A stretch of DNA of 64,000 bases from Amoebidium appalachense (lineage: Eukaryota > Protista > Ichthyosporea). The stretch is from NCBI GenBank assembly GCA_963693365.1, contig CAVNZM010000014.1:1860001-1924000 (forward strand). The letters are read 5' to 3'. Positions 55,022-64,000 of this stretch are shown here, piece by piece. The notes under the pieces are model-generated. The model searched no databases. It had not been told where the DNA came from and saw only the letters and a list, made by a program, of their open reading frames with translations. The translations under genes were made by a program, and so were the position numbers. The number at the start of each line of letters is the position of its first letter. The stretch's first letter is position 1.

Positions 55022-56427
55022 GGTGGTGGTTTGTTGAATCGGAAAGTATCAGATGCTATGAGCGTGGCTCGAAACTGTGTTCTGAGGAGGAGCTGTTCTG
55101 AGGTCCCAGTTGCAAAGGGTCCCAGTTGCCAAGGGTGCCCAATTTATACTTTCTGTGTTTTCGGTGTAGGCGGCAAACATTCTATGCCGAACCATAGATT
55201 CGATTGGCGAAACGGGCGGTATTGCCAATCGCGATGTCATGTAGCCACACGCACATGCAAGTCCAATTTGTTGAGAATACGTAAAAATTACTAGTATTTT
55301 TTTTATACACATAGCTAATGAGTTGATGTGTTATTATTGGTGTAACATGTGAGTAGCTTCCATGTCCGAGTGCATGCAATAAAACATGTGACTTGCAGAA
55401 GGCCAGACTGCCGGCGTGCCGTCCGTCGGTGCCGGGCCCGAGCTTTCGGACTTTCATTGAGTGGGAAAATATCATGCAACAAAGTTTCCATCACTGAGAA
55501 CAGTGGAATGTATAGATGGCGCGGCACAAACAACTCAGTAAAAATGCCATCTCACACCAGTGTGAGTGCTGCCATCCATAAGTTGAGCTCCCTGCTACAA
55601 CAAAGGCCACAACACAGGGGCATCATGAGATGATGACAGCTATCTGCTTGCGGTGTTTGCCCTCACGTACGAATCACCGCCCGCAAGTGACCGTCACAGA
55701 TACTGCAGCTTGTCCAGGATGAGGAAATTTATCTCGGAATTCGAAGGGAATTCGAAGACTTGAAAACAGTAGTACTCGCCTGAAATTCAAGGGGCCTGAC
55801 AATGTGGGATTCGATTGTTTAAAGTAGAGGAAAATTCATGTCTATTACTACTAACACTCAATATTCATCCGGCGTTACTTTTGACCGAGAAGCTCGGGGT
55901 CGGTCTGTGCACGGTCGGTTGTTTGCCAGTTTGTTTGCCACAGTCCAGCAAGTGCCCAATCATCTGCGACTTTGCAATCTGGTGTGTTAACTAAGTGATA
56001 ATAAACCAATGTTAGGGCTTCCATCCAGAAGGACAAATATTATAAATCATTTTTCTGGACGGGCTCTGCCGTACGGCTGTGGTCTGTGGCGTGTCACCAA
56101 TGTTGATGGAAATGTAAACAGAGAAAAATTCTAGTGTGAATATTTTGTTGCCAGGTGAATTAAACCATAGATTTAAGTGATGCCTTAGAGCTGATAAAGA
56201 AACAAGAGGGTTCGGCTGCAGTTTTCACGCGTGGGTCAAGAAACCAATCACATTCAATAATTACCAATACATTTTTTGCCGATTTTGGAGCATCCACAAA
56301 ACGTCCGTCGCCTATCCTATATAAACAAAACAAGAATCACACCTCAAAGTTGCCTCAGAAATCCGCACTACAATTGACCCTTACACAGTCTGAACCTAAA
56401 GGACCGACAACCCTCCAACCCACCACC

Positions 56428-56847
56428 ATGAAGTCTTTAATCGTCGCCGCTTCTCTGGCTGTCGCTTCGGGCCTCTCGACCCACCCCCGCACACACAGCC
56501 CCAACTACGTCATGACTTGCACCGAGTGGGACGCCTCAGATGTTGGCGCCTGCCCCGGCCACTACGACGTTTGGGGCCGCAGGCAGTGTGCGCGCTATGC
56601 AGGCCACGAGGCGTTCGATAAGTGCACGGTGGATGCGTGCTGCGTGCCGCGAACGGCCACACGTGCACGGCGGCAGGAAGGCGAGGGACTGCAGGGCGGG
56701 TCGACGCCCACGAACTGCAAGGACTGGTTCTACGCCACACACACAGAGTGCCCCCCAGACACGTGGCCCGCTGAGTCCCGGCCCTGCCTGCCCTACACAA
56801 ACAAGAAGCTGCCCGTGTGCTCCCTCGAAACTTGCTGCAAGGTGTAG
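56428..56847 (+). CDS. Secreted Cys-rich precursor with two 6-Cys modules, 139 aa (copy 2)
   Basis: Inverted paralog of 54602-55021 with 4 aa differences. ATG at 56428 in caccaccATG. TATATAAA near 56318. Confidence 0.88.
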   Translation: MKSLIVAASLAVASGLSTHPRTHSPNYVMTCTEWDASDVGACPGHYDVWGRRQCARYAGHEAFDKCTVDACCVPRTATRARRQEGEGLQGGSTPTNCKDWFYATHTECPPDTWPAESRPCLPYTNKKLPVCSLETCCKV

Positions 56848-57483
56848 TGCCAGCATCACTTGAATCTGTGCATAATTAATATAAACGGTAGCCTGTGGCT
56901 ACAAGTTTTCTTAAATCTCAGTTTAAAAATGATCGAATAAAGCCACTCCCAATGGGCCAGGAACCATTCGGTAAAATCGCTTATTCCATATGGCAATTGA
57001 TATCCCTGATCTTTCCCTCCGCTCCCCCCCCCCCCCCCCCCCCCCTCCCCCTCCTCTCCCCCCTCGTCCCCCAATCCCCCTCCCTCCCTCCTCCCCCCCC
57101 CCCCCCCAAAAAAAAATAATAAAAAATAAAAATAAAATAAAACACAAGCACATACACCTTCCAACCCATTTGGCCTGGCACAAGCGCTATTCGGATCATC
57201 ACGCTCTGCTGTGGAGCCTTGACATTTCCCCCCAGTTTTCCCCTCTTCTTCGTCTCTGGATATAGCCATATCCATGCACAAAACACAAAAAGACTCTTTC
57301 ACGCCCTCTCCCCCACCCACCAACCCGACCTGCATACTACATGTCCGGCCACACGTTGAATTCAGTTGGAGGTTCAATGATTGTGGGCACAATGCCGGAG
57401 CGCGTGCACACACGCACGCAAGCACACACGCATGCACGCACGCAACTTCAGCACACTCACGCAGCTCACTCACGCAAGCACGG

Positions 57484-57525
<42 letters not shown>

Positions 57526-57624
57526 AAACACACACGCACATGCTGAGACTCAACACACCCATACGCACAACGCAGGCACACAGGCATGCACAAGCATGCA
57601 CACAAGCACACACGTGCACATACA

Positions 57625-57669
<45 letters not shown>

Positions 57670-57679
57670 AGACACACAG

Positions 57680-57828
<149 letters not shown>

Positions 57829-58227
57829 TACACACACACCACATGCACACGCACGCACACACGCTCCCGGGGTTTTCATCTCGCCCAGCCCAGCAGGGAC
57901 GACCTTCCGGGCTGAAGGCTGCGGTTCGGTTCAGCTAACCCAGGAAAGGGCTTCCCCGCAGGGCAGTCAAGGCTGAAAGTCTGTGTTTGCAACGTGATGT
58001 GTTTGCACAGTTGCACCCCTATGTCACGGCGGGACATAATGTAGGATATGTCCAGGGAAATCTGAGCAATTACACCTATAGACCGCAGTCCAGATACGTG
58101 TGATCGATTGCAGGCACTGGTGGCCGATTGAACCCCCGGCTAACTGGACAGGCATAGGGAAGACAAGATTCAACCCCATTTAACGGGACTGCGCCTCGCT
58201 GGGTAAACGAGATAATATAGGAAAAAA

Positions 58228-58300
<73 letters not shown>

Positions 58301-58361
58301 ACACACGCACACACGCACACGGACACGCACACACACACACACACGCACACACGCAGACGCA

Positions 58362-58482
<121 letters not shown>

Positions 58483-59088
58483 TCACACACACACACACTC
58501 ACACACACACGCACACTCACTCACATGTGACGTGGGTGTGTGTGTAGGTGCTTCCGTCCATCCCCTTTCCCCTCCCACATCCTCCCCATCGCATAACGCC
58601 ATGTCCTAACCCCTTCATAATCCCATTCCTTCTTTAATAAACTGACGGGGTGGTGTGCGAGAATCCATCAACTTCATGGCATATTCGCATGATTTTGCGC
58701 AACTCTTTGTTTCCGAAGGTTTGATTATTTCTTTTTTCCTTCCAGACGGGGCCCCGGGTCTTTCAAGTTTTTCTCCTTCCAGTTTTTTTTTGTTTTCTTG
58801 TTTTCTTTTTTCTTTTCTTTGTTTTTTTTTTGGCGTGTAACGCGGCGCCTTTGTATATGCGTGTGGGTTTGTGCGTACGTGGGTGGGTGCATGCGTGCAT
58901 GTGCGCGCACGCGTGTGTGTGCATTTCTGTGTCTGTGTCCGACACTGTGTGTGCGTGTGTGTTCGTGTGTTTGTGTTTGTGCTTGTGTGTGTGCGCGTGT
59001 AAATGTGTTTTTGTTTGTGTTTATGCGTGCGTGCTGCACGTGTGCACGTGTGCGTGCATGCGTGTGCGTGTGTGTCTGCCTGCATGTA

Positions 59089-59129
<41 letters not shown>

Positions 59130-59225
59130 GTGTGTTTATGTGCGTGCGCGTGTGCGCGTGTGCGCGTGTGTGCGTATGTGTATGTGTGTGTGTATGTATG
59201 TGTGTGTGTGCGTGTTTGCGTGTTT

Positions 59226-59316
<91 letters not shown>

Positions 59317-59344
59317 TGTGTGTGTGCGTGTGTGTGTGGGTGAG

Positions 59345-59415
<71 letters not shown>

Positions 59416-60357
59416 GGGGGGGGGGGGGGGGGGGGGCGCTGTTTGTCACTGTTGAAATGTCATGCGTGTTGATCATGAGTGCGTAGTTGGTGTCGATGGT
59501 TAGGGCTACAGTAGATGATTTTCAGCCTGCTTAGGCCCATATTTCAAGCTATGCAGCAACGCGATATTAATCGGATGGATGTTTTTGATGGGAGATGCGT
59601 ATGTGCACAATGTTGTCCCTTTTTGGTGCTTCATAGGGAAACAGGAAGGGGAACTTATGTATACGCAGTGGAAGAGGAAATGGCTTGTGTCAATGTGGAT
59701 GCTATAAAAAAATGAACGCGAAAGGCTTGTGCTAGAAAAAAAGGACGTACCGTTACATATCGGCAACTTAGCTAATTACAAGGTCATGCAGCATGCAGAG
59801 CAGCATGCTTAGTGCCAGGCTAGATAGGCTATACGCAGGTACAATCCTTGGTGCAAAAGAGGAAAAGATTGGTCGCTGACTCGCGGCATTAAAAAGCTTG
59901 AAATATTTAGTATAAAAACAAGGATTCACCTTGTGATGTCTGGTTATGGGTTACTCCGGGAAAGTCCAAGGCACTTTTCTTTTTGCACGGCCAGGAGAAG
60001 CCCGGGTTGCACTGCGCTTGCACTCAGTCGAGTGCCGCGCCCTCAGCTGCAGCGCCGCGAGCTCGAGCCGGGCCATGGCCAAGGCCTCCTTATCACCCGG
60101 AGGCCTTTGCCCTGGCTCGAGCTCGAGGGCCCGTCAGGTGCCGGTCACATGTCACTTAAGCCAGTCACACTGCGGCCGACTCCAGCAGCCCGAGGAACGG
60201 ATTTTTATAGATCCTTTGCGTAACAATGTGATGCGCAATTCTCCAATCAAAGAAAGAGTTACCTGCGATTGGATAAAACTTAACCCATTGGAATGTGGAA
60301 GCCTTTGTGCAGGATCTGTGTGCGCGTGCCTTTGTGAGCGTTACGTTCGCCTCGAGT

Positions 60358-60388
60358 CCTTTCTCTCTCTTTCACCCCGACAGGAAGG
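60358..60388 (+). promoter_or_regulatory. Probable non-coding first exon of RPL29 with a 5'TOP pyrimidine tract
   Basis: cctttctctctctttc followed by donor gg|gtgagt at 60389. Acceptor gcgcag| at 61251, just before the ATG. Confidence 0.65.
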
Positions 60389-60834
60389 GTGAGTTTTCTC
60401 GTTTTTTCTTGAGAGACAATTTTTTTAGAGATCCGTAGCGGTTGGTTTATCTATTTCCGGTGTGCGGATGCTGCAGATGCAAAGGGATACAGCGAGGATG
60501 GATTCAGGAGAACAGATATCGATTGGATGTAACAGGGTCATCACATAGACGGTCGGTAGTAATATCCGGGAGAGGCAAAGAGGGAAGGCGTCAGGATCGA
60601 GCGCAACGCGGGCGGAATCCAGCAATATCACGGAATAATCATGCATCTGTGACAAGTTTATGAGTTTTCTGACCGTGCGGGGCCAGATATAGGGCATTTG
60701 GGACAAGGAGGTAACAAGTTTGGAACAGAACATTCACAGGACTAAGTCCCCATTTGCAATGGGAGAGATGGATGCAACGCATGATCCATGTGTTTTTGCA
60801 TTTAAAGGAGGGAATACGGCCAAGGAGGACAGAT

Positions 60835-60900
60835 GTTGCGATTTATGCTGAGGCTTCGAGACTTGAGTTGCGATTTATGCTGAGGCTTCGAGACCTGAGT
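60835..60900. repeat. Two-copy 32-bp tandem repeat in RPL29 intron 1
   Basis: gttgcgatttatgctgaggcttcgagacYtga x2. Confidence 0.9.
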
Positions 60901-61265
60901 ATATGTACTAGCCGACCACTTTTGAGACGCGAGGAGAATAACAGGGGACGTTTCATGGAAAAGCAGTACCATGGGGAAGCAGTAGCCATGTACGCTCTCG
61001 TTTCATGTGTGGATACCGGCGTTTTTTGCAGCAGTTATATACGGCTCAGTTCAACACTGTTCAAATGCACAATGTTACTCACCACTTGTATTGTTCAAGA
61101 TAGTTCAGAGTTCCATTGCCATACACACACACACACACGATACAAGCGCATGCGGGCGCCCGAGACCCACGCAAACACCAAAGGCTGCTTGAGAAAGCCA
61201 GGCTCCACCGTTTGTGGGGGCATTTAGTGACGGGGGTTTTTTTGGGCGCAGAAAGAAACGGCAAG

Positions 61266-62367
61266 ATGGCCAAGTCCAAGAACCACACGGCCCAGAACCA
61301 GAACAAGAAGGCCCACAGGAACGGCATCAAGAAGCCCCAGCGCAACAAGTACCCTTCCCTCAAGGGCGTAAGTACTCCCTGTCTAGGCATTGGATGGGGG
61401 GTTTAAAAGGGGTTTTTGTGGTCGGTGGCTGTGGTGGTGGTGGTAGTGCTTTGGGGAGGGGGGGGGATGAAGGATGGTTTCTGCTTGGGAGTCTGGCTGT
61501 TGGTTGACTTCTTTGGTGCTTGTGAATAGCTGGCAAGGCACAAAAAAACGTGATTTTTCTAATGAGTGGCACGGCAAGTTAGGTAGTTTTTTTTTTTCCT
61601 TGGCGGGGCGGGGGGGTGGGGGGTGGGAAAGTTGCTATCATGTCATCGTGCCACGATGCGGGTGTGGTCGGGCGTGGTGTGTGGAAGCAAGCAGGTACTG
61701 CCGGAATGTTCTTATGCATTTTTGTTCTCGTATTTGCGTGCAGGGGGATAACCGCTACCAAAAGAGCCTCATATGGTAGCTCGACCCTTGCATGCAAGTA
61801 TCCGCATGCTCTTCTGAACATATGCATTAGGCACCGACACGTGCTCACATTCGTGCATGCCTGCACATACACCTGCACATAGCAGCTCTGTACTCCTCCC
61901 TCCGACAAAACACACAAAAATGGTTACACTGGCACATGCACGCACAGGCATGTACACACACGCATGCACACACACACACACACACACACTGGCATGTGGG
62001 CCCACACAGATGAAGCTCACGTATGTCGGAAATAACCTTCTCGCGTACACACCCTATTCAATCGGGGTTCGATGGACATGCGGGCACTCGGGGCCGTAGC
62101 TCCACCACACCCTCCTATTCCGTCTCTGTCCCATCACCTCTTCATTGCCCTTATTTATGGTTCTTGCTCTTTCTTTATTCCCCCATGGGCTTCCTTTCCC
62201 TTCACCAACACCACTTGTTCACCTCTTTCCCTCAATTTTCATTCCATCTCCCTCCGTTTTCACTCCATTGACACTTAATTTTTTTTAAGGTTGACCCCAA
62301 GTTCCTGAAGAACATGCGCTTTGCCAAGAAGCACAACAAGAACACCTCCGCCGTCAAGGCTGAATAA
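61266..62367 (+). CDS. RPL29: 60S ribosomal protein L29 (eL29), exons 61266-61367 and 62290-62367, 59 aa
   Basis: [34 protein letters not shown]|[25 protein letters not shown]. Confidence 0.97.
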
Positions 62368-62721
62368 GCACCCTGTTTGTCTTGGACAGAGGCCGCTGCC
62401 CCAGCCCGCCGGGTGCACTGGCATGCCCCATGGGTCAGTAAATTCTTGACGCGCCGCACCTGCACGTGTGCATGTGTGTGCGCGAAAAGAGATTTTCACT
62501 GTGTGCAAATTTATTTGCGTGTGAAGGCTTTCTCTTGAGTGTGGAGGGGGTGGGTGGGGCTGGTGGTTGTGTTTCTCATGTCAGGCTTTTGTGTGTGTGT
62601 GTGTGTGTGGGAGGGGGAGGGGGGTTGTTTGTGTGTGTAGAACGACGGACAGGCTAGACCGGCAACTGCACCGTGTGGTTCTGCACACGTGCAGACACAG
62701 TCTACCGACGTAATTCACATA

Positions 62722-62870
62722 TCACACACCACACAGTATACACCACACAGTACATAGCACACACCACACAGTACATAGCACACACCACATCGTACACACC
62801 ACACAGTACATAGCACACACCACATAGCACACACCACTCAAATCACACACCCCACATAGCACACACCACT
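62722..62870. repeat. Minisatellite (~21-bp unit cacacaccacacagtacatag)
   Basis: Several adjacent near-identical units. Confidence 0.8.
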
Positions 62871-64000
62871 CAATAATACACACACACACACATACCACAG
62901 GTGACACTCGACCTGACAACATCAATCATTTATATCACACCATTTAATAATAATATGCGCATGCGCACATGAACACGCGCGTATACATACACATGCACAT
63001 GCTCACGGGCACACACACAAACACATTCACACTTCATCCTACGACATGCACGGACCGTCCCCTCCCCAGGCAACGCATGTGCGGAGACTTCATCCGAGCG
63101 CATTCACGGAGCAATCCCTTCCCCAACACACACACGGACATGGTCGGGCACAGGCCAATCCCCCCCCACCCCTCCTGCCCCTTCCCCCCTTAAAACACAC
63201 ACACACATGCATGTGCGCGCACGCGCACACACACACACAAACACAAACGGCCCGGGTACCATATCAGGAGCGGGCAATTTTTGAATTCTCCCTCCCCGGC
63301 CCCGCCGGGGAAAATTTGAGGTTTTTGGACCTCAAAGAAGTCAAATCCTGCAAAATCCACTACCGGGAGGCCAAAAAGGGTGATTTTACAAAAAAGGAGG
63401 GACATACATGAAAAAGAGAAAATGGGCGAGTTCAGTGGGCTGCCGATAAGTATATCTCGTGCTGGGCCGGTATACATGCTGCCGTGGTTGTTGCTGTAGA
63501 CGGCAGTATGGCATCGCATGTGTCACGTGACCTGCACGTGAATGCGACCATGTGCAGGCACTGAGTCTAGGGGGATTTGTATGTGTGTTTTGGAGCACCG
63601 ACAAGGCAGAGCCAGGGTGAGGGATGTGTAAACATGGAGTTTAGGGAGATCGTGCTGCTATTGTAACATGTGCACAAAACAGCCACGTGCACCGGCACAC
63701 TCCGGTGTACAGAACAATAATATGCACATGCGTCACTGTAATATCATGTATGCGCATGCCGCACAAGGTTTAGGAGACCACCACAGTATATACTATTTTC
63801 TTTTGGTTGATATCCATGTAGGAATGGTGTGTTGCAGTTGTCATGATCAGCCTGAGGCAGGCACGTGCACTCACTGAATCACTAGAACTCATGAATAAAA
63901 AATACATTCGCTAAAAACGGCAAGGTAAATTTGGGGCCAAGCTATTATTTCCCCCTTTTAAACGTTTTTTTAGCTCCAAGAACTTCGACGCCAAAATTTC

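Noticed and set aside
59940-59990. RNase P/MRP CR-I-like GGGAAAGTCC, and a telomerase-template-like TAACCCATAACC on the minus strand
   Set aside because: No matching P4 partner/CR-V was found, a U-run follows immediately, and the template would not give TTAGGG. Too weak.

Overview
Eukaryotic, intron-rich genomic DNA packed with poly-G/C tracts and (CA)n/(GA)n microsatellites, so most entries in the supplied ORF track are spurious. Gene content suggests a unicellular opisthokont/holozoan such as an ichthyosporean (inference only). Splicing exons by hand gave: a two-exon metallothionein-like gene, a RING-H2 gene with an unresolved 5' end, a 12-exon AIM25-type phospholipid scramblase, a SelW/Rdx-family selenoprotein missed by the ORF track (in-frame UGA in an unusual GCUG motif, plus a candidate SECIS), a ZupT/GufA-type ZIP transporter, IWR1/SLC7A6OS and RPL29. 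A 45-57 kb cluster holds intronless secreted-protein paralogs in inverted arrangements: a 215-aa family (two intact copies, one pseudogene) and a pair of two-module Cys-rich peptide precursors. Mobile DNA includes six 5'-truncated copies of a structured retroelement-like family always abutting poly-C, two MITEs (one with a 9-bp TSD), and an element carrying a long hairpin with tandem G.A mismatches. All gene models are manual and unverified by transcripts.
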